This document shows, in pieces, positions 37,701 through 50,255 of a stretch of DNA of 64,000 bases. Made by a program: the position numbers and the translations under genes. This stretch comes from Selaginella moellendorffii (lineage: Eukaryota > Plantae > Lycopodiophyta): assembly GCF_000143415.4 (NCBI RefSeq), contig NW_003314266.1, positions 3,232,398 through 3,296,397 on the forward strand, written 5' to 3'. A model generated the notes under the pieces. It was given only the letters and a program-made list of their open reading frames with translations, was not told where the DNA came from and did not search any database. Positions within the stretch are counted from its first letter, which is position 1; each line of letters starts with the position of its first letter.

Positions 37701-40075
37701 TTTGCCCTTGGAGTCGGAAGCAGGTGACCCACCCGCTATTGCGTTGAAGACCCAGCTGAGCATTTCCCATGCTGCACCTGGAGCTTTCTTTGGATTCGAA
37801 AGCTCCATAGCCGTCTTCAGTTCCTCAGGCACGGGTAAATTGACCTCCCTCAGATCAATTCGATTGGCCTTGTCAAACGAAGCTGGGAAGTCACTCCAGT
37901 CCCACTCTGCTGCAGGACCAATAACAAGGGCGAGTGTGAAGATGCGGACATTCGTCGGTATCTTCTTCTTAGCCATTATCCCATGGATCTCCCGCATCTC
38001 CTTGCCTTTCAACCGAGCCTTCACCTCGTTCAAGGCCTTCCAGAACTTGTGATAGGATTCGGAGTCGTAGATCATATAGTGGACTGAAGATTCCACCTCC
38101 GCAAGTCCCACCATTAAGTCAATGATGGAGCTGACTTCGTCTGCATGAGTGATCTCCTCGTTTGTGAAGTCCATCACACAAAAGATGTTCTTGACCTGCT
38201 CATCTCCGCGGGAAACGATGCTCCTCCACCTTTGATCCTCATCCGAATTCAAGTATACCCGGTAAGGTTCTCGATAGGCCTCTGCTGCGGGGTCGAGCTG
38301 TTTCTGAAGCCGGCGGTCGACATCAATCTTAATGAAATTTGGATACTGATCCAACTTCTCAGCTTTACTTTTCGTGGCATCCCGCAGCAGATCGATGAAC
38401 TTGGGGGCCCCCTTCACGTACTCGTCGATGTCTTCATTTGACAACTCCAGCGCTTCCATCATCTCTTGCGTGGTGTCGATGCTCACCCTCTCCACGGCCA
38501 CTTGCTCGAAGATCCAATCCTTCAATAGCGCACGAGCTCTCAGAGTCGTGCACAAGTCCTCGTATGTCACAATATGGCCGGGAGTCATTTTGGTCTTGTT
38601 GAAGACAACCTCACAACGTAGAAGAGCATTAGCCACTGTCAGAAGGTCGTCGTCGTCTAGAGACCGCGAGAAACGCAAGGCGTTGAGCTTCAAATCATTG
38701 GGCTTCCGGCCGTCCTCCACACCCATTGAGTTTGGCAACTCCCCGTCATGGTACCTCCTCAGCACATCTACCCATTTGTCAAAAACAACTTTTGTCGCGA
38801 GTAGAATGTTATGGATGCTGAGTGTGTCATTGACCCCCAATGTTTTCGAGAGAAGACTCGAGAATTCCTGCAATGGAAATGGCGTGAGGCCACATGCTAT
38901 GCCACATACAACGAGGCTTACCTGCCAGGCGCTAGTTGCTAGTGCACGTCTTTGTCCTGGTTTTTGTGGCTTCTTCAGTTGAACCCAGAGCTTCCGTGTT
39001 CGTGCCAATGTCTCGTGCAGACCCGATTTGTAGCACGTTTCTTGCTTGACATTCTGCGCGTGGGAGATGTATATGATAGATCGGAGGGGCGAGTTGCCTT
39101 TTATCAGGCGGACAACTCTTGTCTTGAAGACTTTCTTCACCTCCTCGCCCACCATAATATCCACAACTATCTCCTGCATCGCCAAGCTAGAATGCTGCCC
39201 GGAGATGGCATAGAACCGGATGTTCTGATCGTCCAACACCTTCCTATTGATCAAGTCTGGAAACCTCATCTCGCGCTTCATTTTTTGGTAGTAGGGGATC
39301 ACGTTTGCGATGTCGGGTGTTACTGGTGTTACTATTCCAACAAAGTATATACAATCGACGTGAGCCGTATCGACATCCAAAGCAAATACAACCACAGGCT
39401 AGTATCTGATGAGTGGGTGGAGAAATTGAAGCAGAAGATGCTGGCAAGTAGTACTATTATCTGCGACGATTTTTGCTGCCTCTTCTTGCTCTTTCTGCTC
39501 TTTGCGGCTCTTCTTTTTGGTGGGTGTAGTGTTCGAACCCGAGGCAATGGCATCACTGAGTAGCTTCTTTTTTGGAGCAGGAGAGTCGGACGTCGGCTTG
39601 AGCTTGACCACCCTTTTCTGCTTCGAGGTAGTTTCCAGATCGACCCCCTTCCCCTTTGCTTCGCGAACTGGAGTCACTCTCAACGGCTCAATGTTGGAAT
39701 ATAGTTTTTGAACATCGCCGTAGGTGAGGTCCGTGGATTCCATGTGATCTTCATAGACCCGCAGCGTCTTTGAAATTGTGGGCCTCCTGGACAACCTCTC
39801 CCTAGCTCCCTCTAGGAATTCCTCATAGCCGCTGCCCCCCTCCGGGAAGCCGCTAGGATGTGCAAGGTGGATCTTGAAGGCAGACGCTGTCTCTACCACA
39901 AGTGCCAGTCCATATTCTTGCATGGAACTGCATGGAGTGTCTGTCACTTAGATGAGGATCCCCATGCATTCTTTTCTCCCACCATCTGTGTTGTACAGCC
40001 TCAGATCCTCGCCTTCCATCCCGAAAGTCCAACTGGTGAGCTCCTCCCCCTTCTCTGCATCCACATTGACAGTGG
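34720..40075 (-). pseudogene. Cargo gene, copy 2: 3' exons open, 5' exon broken by a 123-bp inversion
   Basis: ORFs 39399-39947, 37527-39395, 36479-37069, 35598-36236 and 34720-35604 are near-identical to the copy-1 exons. Confidence 0.72.
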
Positions 40076-41125
40076 CTGGAAGAAGAATGCAATTCCTCGC
40101 CTATTCAGAAATGCACAACAATTAGAGCTGACAGATGAAAAGCTAGTAGCTGGAAATAACGTGAGGCCACACGCCATTCACCACTGCATCAGATGTCTTG
40201 AGGCTGCATCCTAAGATGGCGTGAGGCTACACGCCATCTGTAACCGGACTGCACTCGAGAGCCCAATCGGTGCATGCCAATGTTGCTACTGAATGGCATG
40301 TGGCCTCATGCCATTTTCTACTTGGCCTAAAAGACTTACCATTTGAAGCCGAATGGAGGTGTGACAACCGGACTCGCTGGCGAATGTGCACTGTGTGTGC
40401 AACGGATCGTAGCAGCAAGGCTACTCTGCCACTTACAGTTGGAGAGTGGCGCTGAAATCTCCCGGGACGCCAAGTGGGCTGCGTGTGGGTGGCGGAGTGG
40501 GCGGCGGAGTTGGCGGCGAAGTTACAAACTGGGTGTGTCTTGAAGTGGACGCCGATGCACACGAGCGCAATGCGAGCGCGAGTGTGATGCAAGCGCGAGT
40601 GGATGCCAATGCACACGAGAAACCTGTAGAGAAGTGGGAGCGCGAGTGGGAGCGCGATGCGAGCGTGAGTGGGAGCGCGATGCGAGCGCGAGTACGAAGC
40701 AAAATGCAAAACCTAACCTCACACGCGCGAAATGTCACGACGGTTGGTAATCCCGCCACGTCATCATTTCTCGGACTTGGGCGCCACCATTAATTTCTGG
40801 ATCGGCGCGCGCATGCGTGAAATCCAAAAGAAATCCGCAACGTCATCATTCCTCGGACTGCATGCACGCGAAATCCAAAAGAAAGATCATGATTGGGATA
40901 TCATTTAATACCCTCGCTATATTTATACCATGCATGATTGGATATTCCAAAGCATCTTGTATTTCCAAAAATGCCAGATGTTCAGCTAAATAAATTGTCA
41001 GAGGATTTGATGTGATGTTCAAGCATGTGGGCTCATGCAATTTTGATCCCAAAAAATGCACCAAAAAATGCTCGGCGTCATCTGGCGTTATCTCTTGAAT
41101 GGCGTGGGGCCGCATGCCATTTTCA

Positions 41126-42983
41126 GGAGCACATAGGAGTATATTCCTAGAATATTCTGACACGCGCGAGATTGTTTTGAGTTTCCTGGAGATCCAACCA
41201 TTAGATCGCAACTAGATTTTACAGAATGGTATACAATGTCCTTCTTGATGACCCTGCAAAGAAGCATCTTGATCGGACACCACATGAGACCACACGAGCC
41301 TTACAATGTTTCAGGGGCATTTGCTATAGATCCGACCGTTATTTTGCTCCAAGATTCTACAGTTTGGTGTGCATTGACCTTTCCATCGACACTGCAAAGG
41401 GACATCACAATCAGATGCGGGATCACAAAAAACCAACTTCACTAACTCTGGTTTCACCAAGATCTACGTAAGGAGTTATGAAATGAAAGGACCCTCTCTA
41501 TTGAAATGTGTTTATGGTCCTAGGGGCATTGTGACATATCCAAGGATTTTGCATCAAGTTCTGTATTTGCATGTTTATCAAGCTACTGAATTGCTAAACC
41601 CTAAACCCTAAACCCTAAACATGTGGCAAATGCTGCGTGAAGAAAGATGCCCTTTCTGGGCAAATGCTGTAAGAGGCAGATGCCGAGCAGATGTATCTCA
41701 GGCTAGTGAAGGGGACAAACGAAAGCTAGCAACCAAAGGAATGTAAGCAACCAAAGGAATGTAAGTAGGGCATGTGTTTCTAAGTTTAAAAATGCCTCAA
41801 CCACTTAAATTCCCAAGTAAATAAAGCTGTTTCTATTTTTGGTACAGGTAAACTTTATAGCGTGTGGGCTCATGCAATTTTGAACCCAAAAATGCACCAA
41901 AAAATGCTCGACTAGCATTATTCTTTGAATGGCGTGTGGCCTTATATTGCCATAAATGACACAGCATAATTATTCCTTTACACGGCGAATAATCTTGGAG
42001 CACATAGGAGTATATTCCTAGAATATTCTAACACGCGCGAGATTGTTTTGAGTTTCCTGGAGATCCAACCGTTAGATCGCAACTAGATTTTACAGAATGG
42101 TATACAATGTCCTTCTTGATGACCCTGCAAAGAAGCATCTCGATCGGACACCACATGAGACCACACGAGCCTTACAATTTTTCAGGGGCATTTGCCATAG
42201 ATCCGACCGTTATTTTGCTCCAAGATTCTACAGTTTGGTGTGCATTGACCTTTCCATCGACACTGCAAAGGGACATCACAATCAGATGTGGGATCACAAA
42301 AAACCAACTTCACTAACTCTGGTTTCACCAAGATCTACGTAAGGAGTTATAAAATGAAAGGACCCTCTCTATTGAAATGTGTTTATGGTCCTAGGGGCAT
42401 TGTGACATATCAAAGGATTTTGCATCAAGTTCTGTATTTGCATGTTTATCAAGCTACTGAATTGCAAAACCCTAAACCCTAAACCCTAACCCTAAACATG
42501 TGGCAAATGCTGCGTGAAGAAAGATGCCCTTTCTGGGCAAATGCTGTAAGAGGCAGATGCCGAGCAGATGTATCTCAGGCTAGCGAAGGGGACAAACGAA
42601 ATCTAGCTATAAACATGACGGGATGCAAATAGATTACTAGGCTGGTCCTGTGAAAATCAAAAACCATAATTGAAAACATTGAAAATGCAAAAAGAAAGGT
42701 TTATAATATTTTTGAATTTTAAGCAACCAAAGGAATGTAAGTAGGGCATGTGTTTGTAAGTTTAAAAATGCCTCAACCACTTAAATTCCCAAGTAAATAA
42801 AGCTGTTTCTATTTTTGGTATAGGTAAACTTTATAGCGTGTGGGCTCATGCAATTTTGAACCCAAAAATGCACCAAAAAATGCTCAACTAGCATTATTCT
42901 TTGAATGGCGTGTGGCCTTATATTGCCATAAATGGACGTACACACACAGCATAATTATTCTTTTACACGGCGAATAATCATGG
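41126..42983. repeat. Tandem duplication (~0.87 kb + ~0.98 kb) of the intergenic spacer in copy 2
   Basis: GGAGCACATAGGAGTATATTCC starts at both 41126 and 41997; single copy in element 1. Confidence 0.88.
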
Positions 42984-43520
42984 CGCGGATCGCTGACACG
43001 GCATGGCAAAGTTCGAATCACTGACATGGCACAGCTGGATTGAGGCAAGGACATGATGTGACAAAGTTCAACCTCCGACAGCAAAGTCTAGAAGCTACTC
43101 AGTTTGAAATTTGTCAGAGGAATCATAAGATCTGGTTTGTCAGAGGATTTGATGTGACGTTCAAGCGTGTGTTATTTTTGAATTCTCGAACTCATTCCTA
43201 GGTCTATCATTTTTGTGCGCCGTGTTCTTGGTTCCGCTGAGCGCAGTGAGCGCTGCTTGTGTAAGCGGCGTTGTGAGCTGTGGTTTATGCGTCTACAAGC
43301 GGTTGCGGCATTGCGAGCGCCATTGCGAGCGGTAGTTTATGCGAGTGGCAGTTTGTGCGAGCGGCGCTACGAGCAGTTGCGGTGTTGCGAGCGGCGCTAC
43401 GAGTAGTTGCGGTGTTGCGAGCGGCACTGTCTTTGGTGTGGCTACTGCTTCCTCTTGATATTCGGCACTTGTGCTTCCTGGTATGTTCACCATGGAATGG
43501 TTTAGGACCACATTTAGAAA

Positions 43521-44152
43521 TGATACAGCAGCATTGCCTTCCCCAAGCCTTTGACAGTGTATAACAAAGTTCCGATCCATAGACACAAGGGTCCCTTTTG
43601 CAACTCTCTTCCCACCATTCAAAATGTAAACCTTTTCCCCAACCCTGAAGGCCATTCTGAAAGTGCAACAAAGAAGTTAAGACCATACAAAAAATGATTG
43701 GAGAATGGCCTAAATCATAACATACCAAACAACCTCAATAGCATGAGGCCACATGCCATTATTCAAACATGCTATTGACACCCACATGTAAGTTCGCATT
43801 CACAAAATTGGCATGAGCCCTCATGCCATTAGTGGTACCACTAATGGCATGAGGGCTCATGCCAATTTTGTGAATGCGAAATTTCATGTGGGTGTCAATA
43901 GCATGTTTGAATAATGGCATGTGGCCTCATGCTATTGAGGTTGTTTGGTATGTTATGATTTAGGCCATTCTCCAATCATTTTTTGTATGGTCTTAACTTC
44001 TTTTCTGCACTTTCAGAATGGCCTTCAGGGTTGGGGAAAAGGTTTACATTTTGAATGGTGGGAAGAGAGTTGCAAAAGGGACCCTTGTGTCTATGGATCG
44101 GAACTTTGTTATACACTGTCAAAGGCTTGGGGAAGGCAATGCTGCTGTATCA
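43521..44152. repeat. Spacer-less inverted duplication with 316-bp arms, centred on GGTACC at 43834-43839
   Basis: The left arm is the reverse complement of the right arm with only a handful of mismatches. It duplicates the transposase 5' UTR and first 45 codons (ORF 43293-43655 starts MAFRVGEK). Confidence 0.93.
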
Positions 44153-47086
44153 GTAGAGACTGTCTTCGATGGGAATGTGGTCGCTATTGAACGAGGAGAG
44201 ATGGTCGTCGGGGTAAATGTTGTTGTTGCCTTGAAAAATCTGCAGAAGAAAGCAGATGTTGGGGACAGCGCAAGTGCGACGCATGTTCCCTCCATGGATC
44301 TTAAGAACCGTGCTACATGGATTCAGGCAAAGGTGTTTCTAAACAACCCCGAGGGGGAGGTGGTAGCTGAGGGCTTAGCCACAGTTGTCGATCCAAGAGA
44401 TGCGGTTGCTAATCAAGAATTGGGTTGGGATGATATTGGAGTTGCAATTTTAGAGGTTGTTGACACAGAAGAAAACAGTCTGACTATTGGAAGCATTGTG
44501 CGGTGGAAATTGAGGCATTTAGTGTTTGAGAATGTGAAGGATTCACAATCAAACACCACTACAACTGATGACAGAACATCTCTTCATGGGAAAAGAAAGT
44601 ACACCTTCCTACAGCGCAGCCAAAGGGATCTGAGCAACGAACCGAAAAGGCAGAAAATGGCGATGGAGGTTCGAATGGTCTCGACAGTTGCTTGTTGCAA
44701 GAGGAGGTGCTGTCAACATGCTGATTGGGATGCTATTGAAGAGGAGAGAGCAAGATACAAGACATTTTCCTGGAAGGCAGCTCGCAATTTTGTGTATGAG
44801 GCATTACGGTCATCTGTTGATGCTTCAGAACATCAGGTGGGGGGCATGGTCTTCCAGAGGGGTTTGGTCTGCATGAAGGCATGGAGAATCATTTATGGAG
44901 TCCCTCAAACCACATTCTACAGAATCAAAACTGAGTTCGAGGAACAAAGGGTTCAACAGGCAGTCCATGGGAACGACGGTACGCACAAAACCAGGGGTCA
45001 TGTTGTATATGGAGAGGCAATCTTCAAGAGGTTTGTCGAGACATGTAGCGAGCAACAACCACATAAAACTCGCCTCTTGGAAGATGGAACACGAGACACC
45101 CAACGAGTTCTCCCTTCCATGTATACCAAGGGGGCCATATTGGAAGATGTGAATCGGGAACTCCAGAGTAATGGCTACAGGAAGCTGAGCCAATCTAGAT
45201 TTAGTAGATTGTGGAGCAACAGGTTCAGGGATGTGAGTATAGGAAAGTACTCTAGCTTTTCAAAGTGTGACGAGTGCACTGCTATCAAAATGGCTTTGTC
45301 GAAGAATTCTTGCAGCGCTCAAGAGCGAGAGACGTTGGTTAGAAGGCGGCTCGACCACAACATCGAGCAGAGAAGCTGCAGGACTGCATATTATCATAAC
45401 AGGATTCTCTCCATGGAGAGACCTGACTCTTACCTCTGCATCATCCACGACAAAATGGATCAGAAAAAGACGTGCTTACCTCGACTCAATCCTGCCCCCA
45501 AGGCAATCTCTTCATCCATGCAGCTGCCTGTGTCTCTGTTTGGCATAATCGCTCATGGGCATGGTGCCCAGAACTATGGGAACTTCTTTGTACCTCTATG
45601 GGGTGGCGGGGGTGCAAACATTATGATTGCGTCCCTAGCAAAACACTTAAGGTCTCTGCAAAGTGCGCAGACTGAGCTGAACGGCCAACCCTTGCATAAG
45701 GCCCTTGTCGATCGAACCCCATACAGGGTTCAGCTGGAGGAGGAGCAAAGGCTTGCAGTATCGCGTGGGGCCCCATGCCATCCCAGTGAATATATTGGCC
45801 GTCAGATTGTAGGGTTATCACGTGAGGCCTCATGCCATTCCGACGAGGCTGGTCGCCCGGTGAATGCACAGCCTCATCCAAACGAAGCAGAATCTCAAGG
45901 AAGTTCTTGCGGCCGATGTGGCCTTCCACCCCATCTTCTGCTCCAAACAGACAATGCTGGCAGTGAGAACAAAAACATGTACGTCTTCGCGTACTTGGCG
46001 ATGCTTGTTGCCAAAGGCATATTTGAAACGGTTACACTTGGCTTTCTCATGGTTGGGCACACTCATGAAGACGTCGATGCCATGTTCAGTCACTTGGCAG
46101 AGTCCCTCCGGCGATCCAATGTCCTCACCCTCCCACAACTCTACGATGAATTCCAAAATTGCATCAAAGGCACTGTTGAAGCTGCACTTCTGACAGAGGT
46201 TCCAGACTTTAAGGGGTTTGTAAGAGGCTACATCAGGGACGGATCCGAAACGCTGATTGGCCACTCCAAGCCTCTTCAGTTTCATTTCAGCATGTGTGAC
46301 GGTGCTCCAGTGATGAGGTACAAGATGAGAGAATGGGACACAGTGTGGCTGCCAGTGGACGGCATTGAACTCTTCAAGAGAGATCCCATAACTGGGGAAC
46401 CTATGATTCCTTAGGGTTCCCCACGGCCGATGCACCCGGATGGACTCAAAGACCAGGAAAGTATAGTGGCCGGGATTAGACAGCATATTGCCTTCTGGAA
46501 GAGGGGGTTGGTGTTTGGTGGAGAATCCTATTTTAAGAGGTGCAAGCCTTTGCTCGAATACTAGGAGAAGATTATATCTGCTATCCAAAATGGGCCGGTT
46601 GTATATGAAGAATTGGAAGAGTCCTTTTGGCCAGAACCCAGAGCACCAGATAGTAGCGGAACAATGTCCTCTGGAAATGCAGTGACAGATAACGATGTTG
46701 AGGATCACTATTGTGGGCCGAGGAACAAGAAGCCGGATTCAGCATTCAATCCAGTACAGGTCTGCAAAGGAATGGTCGTGCTTGTCAGACCCAGTAATAA
46801 AAAACAAATGATATGGGTGGGGCGCTGCATCACTGATGCAGAGGAGGACGCGGAAACTAACTCCTTCAATGTAACTGTGGAGTGGTTCAAGCCAAGTTCC
46901 GGATATATGAAGGATTGCCTAGAAAAGAGATGGGTGCTGAATCCAAGGGATCCCAGCATGAGCATATCGGTGGATAATGTTGTGCATGGTTGGATGCGGA
47001 AGCAGAGTGCCACCATCACCTTGCCAGACCATGCAAGAGATGCAGCAAGAGCATTCATAACCCGGGTTCAAGGTGAGATTCATTAA
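44018..47086 (+). pseudogene. Transposase, copy 2, with two premature TAG codons (46412-46414, 46562-46564)
   Basis: Near-identical to 8695-11760; the changes are CAG>TAG and TGG>TAG. Confidence 0.88.
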
Positions 47087-49107
47087 TATTCCTTTACTAA
47101 GTTTCTAATGTATTTTATTTCAAGGTGAACAATCCGAATCTGAATCAGAGGAGGCGTGATGGCATGTGGCCCTTTGCACTAGTATATCTTAATACCGGTC
47201 TGAGAAATAGAATGGCATGTGCCCTCAGGCCTTTTACTAAATCACCTTTGAAAGAAATGCAAGCCTCTATGTCGTAAAAAAAAGGTACTAGAGAAATTCC
47301 TTAATAATATGAATGTTATTTAGTTTCATGAAAATACACTAAGGGTCAAATGAGTTAAATGACTTCTCCAGACTAGCAATGCCTCTTGCTACACCTTCAC
47401 AATTAGATTCGTTAGAAAAAGATAACATTGAATAATATCTAAATGTTCTCACCATTAAGTTATATGTCTGGCTAATAGGAATGACGTTCATCTTGGAAAG
47501 CTCACCACACGCTCAATGAACAAACAAATAGTGTGTGCGCGCATGCCATCGCTCTTCTTTAGCTTCAGATTCAGCTTGTTCACCTTGACAATGAGATTTA
47601 TTATACAACCAGATGGACTCAGTCTGGACACAAAGTCACCACGCTAGTCACCATGCCCCAGATATGTCTAGCCCCTGGACAAAAAACATATAATTTCACG
47701 TCATTTTCAAATACTTGAAAATTTGTACCTAGTCCCATTTTACTGAATAAATCCCACTTTAACGAAATAGAGCTTTTGGGGTGAAAGCCCAAAGCATGTG
47801 TTCCTCAAGGGGGGACAGGGGGGGGGGGGGGGTTTAGGGGGTTTCAAATGTATAATAGGGATAATGGTTAGAATGTATGTCCGACCACCTGAGACATTAG
47901 TTTGGCTCCCGTTGGGTTGTATTGCTCTTTGTTTTGCATCCGGCTTGGGTCTAAGCCCAAGCTCCATGTTCCTCTAGTTGGTGGGGTACCCTCCTCCTCG
48001 TGTTAGGCCACCGGTATGCCAAAATTGTGCTAGACTCCGTCTGACACCATTTTGCATGTATGTGCTAGATACGGGAAGCTGGTGCTCGTAGAATTGTATC
48101 TGACCCTTATTTCGTAGTGCAACAGGCTTGGAGTTTGGCTCCAAATTCAAGTGTGCTACACCCAAGGCTAGAAAGCTTCTAAAGAAAGCTGGGTTAATGG
48201 TTTTGCCACCTTTGGTTGGTAGATAGTCTACAAGCTTCTAGCCTTGTCCATCTGTTGTTTCAAAGTGTTGTGGACCATGGTGGAGGGTTGGAGAATGTGA
48301 AGAGAAAAAGTTGTGGCTAAAAATAATCTCTAAGTTGCTGCAAATGTGTTCTCATCATTGCTCAGAAGGTTACACTATAAAGTACTTATTCTTTGGAGAC
48401 TTTTCTGTAAAAGCATACTTAATACAACATTAGAAATTCTCTAGTGGATATGAATTCCAAGGGAGGAAGAGTTCTATGGCTGAAAACTCCCTTGGTAACA
48501 TAAATGCGAGTAACACTAGTTCAATCTCGAGTGAAATGGCTTCATTTGGTGGCCAAGGTTGCATCTCTACTTCATCTAGATGGGCCTTGTGCTCCACAAG
48601 CCCAAGAGCCATTACTTTTTCCTGAAAACTCATGCAAATATTTCTCCTATCGATAGAGTTGTGTGGAATCTCTGAGCCAGAAAGAACTGGATTTGGCACC
48701 TCTAGCTATGTGAGGAACTGTTGTAGATTGTCCTCTTGTGTCCTTGCATGAGGATTTGTCTCAAAAAAGTCACTCTTCAAAGCCACCACAAAAACCATAT
48801 GCTCCTCAAAGTCAAGCATTTGTGGAATCTCAAAAATCTCACCTAGATCTTTTGCCCCTTGGAGCCCAAGTGAATGTGGTGATGTAGAGTGGATGGAGGA
48901 TAAGTTGAGGGGCAAAGTTGTCTAATCTATGTGGAAAAAGTTGACCATGTTACATTGCAAAGATTGAGACTTTGTCATCAAGATGGCAATTGATGAAGAA
49001 GCAATAGATCATTGTGAAGAGGAGCTTAGTGGTGCTGTTGCAACCTTAGCCATTTCTTAGGATGCCAAAGCCTACCTCTTAGCATTGAGAACCATCACTT
49101 AGCTGTT

Positions 49108-50255
49108 TGTCACAAATGTGACTTTGGGTATCGAAAGTTACCTGTCAGCTAGTCCTTACGGACACTCTTTCCTTACTACCACAATGGCAGGAGGTCAGTA
49201 TTGCTGGGCCCATTATCAATTCCCACTTGAGCTAGTTGAGAAACTGGTCAATGACCATGTACTTAAATTGGATAAACATAAGATAAGAACCCTATGTGTT
49301 TCTTGCTGAGCATACTCGGCCTGGTTTGAGAAACTCCTGTCATTGGCTTGCACTTGCTAGTATCAAGAACCCCCATGATATTGAGATTGGTCTTTCAATA
49401 TTCGCTATATGATAACTTACCGTGTCTGCCAAACACCCTCGCTATTATGCCCTTTGTGTTAGTCTCATTTCGGTCCTAAATTCTATTTATGGAAAGTGTC
49501 TAGATTTGCTCATTTGGCATATCTATGGAATGTAGAGATTGAATTGAACACAATGGTGTTCGTCCCATGTCCAAATTCGCAATCTAGCGCCATTCCATAT
49601 TTAGTAAGTTTCAAGTTTGTCCCAAAAACTAACTTCTGATACTAAGGGAGGTTTGGGGTGAAAGCCCAAAGCGTGTGTTCCTTAAGGGGGGAGGGGGGGC
49701 TGTGGGGGGTTCCAAATGTATAGTAGGGATAGTGGGTAGGTCGAGCATGGCCGACCAACCTGAGGTATAGTCTAGCTCCCACTTGCGTGTTTGTCCTTGT
49801 TCTGCGTCCGGCTTGGATCTAAGCCCAAATTCCATTCCATGCTAGCTGGTGGAGTACCCATATCCTTGCATTATACCACCGGTATGCCGAAATAGCACCA
49901 AACTCTATTTGGCTCCATTTTGCATGCTGGTCCTGGCATTGGGATGCTGGATACTCTAGGACTATTCCAAGTCGCTCCGAGCTCCTGTCCCTTCGCTCCT
50001 TGGGCTGTTTGCTCGGGAGTTGCTCCGTGGTTTGGTTTCGTCACTCTTTGGCTACATGCTTGGGAGTTTGGCACTGTTCTTTCGTTTAGTGGCCCAAGGC
50101 CTTGAACCTCGGGTTCCACACCACTGTCCTTTGGACATGTGGCATATGACACGTGGCATGTGTCACGTGGCATAAAGAGGGTTTAGGTTCCGCTTCGTGG
50201 TGTTATTTTATGGTAAATCACCATAGGATAAAAGGTCAAAACCACGTGCGCTACA
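49108..50255 (+). mobile_element. 5' LTR of a family-B element, followed by a tRNA-Met-like PBS and non-coding internal sequence to ~51510
   Basis: TGTCACAAATG...GTGCGCTACA followed by TTTGGTATCAAAG. Confidence 0.85.

Larger units (their letters stand above)
34278..47775 (+). mobile_element. Large (13.5 kb) TIR DNA transposon, copy 2, inverted relative to copy 1 and internally rearranged
   Basis: Same 24-bp TIRs. Unambiguous TSD TTGG at 34274-34277 and 47776-47779. The empty-site sequence GGCTTGGGGTGAAA is seen at ~25840. Confidence 0.95.
30441..48160 (+). mobile_element. 3' part of chromovirus D: degraded RT-RH-INT-chromodomain (30441-~33420), PPT, and 3' LTR (34039-48160) split by transposon copy 2
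   Basis: Fragmented pol ORFs with YIDD, CDAFG, HHDVPAAGHGG, STAYHPQTNGQTER and VGPY. PPT GGGGGGAAGAG at ~34027-34038. LTR runs TGTTATG...GTGCTACA. Confidence 0.85.

Noticed and set aside
103-47779. Targeting of LTRs by the DNA transposon (all three insertions are in or beside LTRs)
   Set aside because: Only three events, in a window made almost entirely of LTR elements; cannot be distinguished from chance.
48161-49107. Possible retroelement coding remnant (also 51533-52250)
   Set aside because: Too degraded to assign domains or boundaries with confidence.
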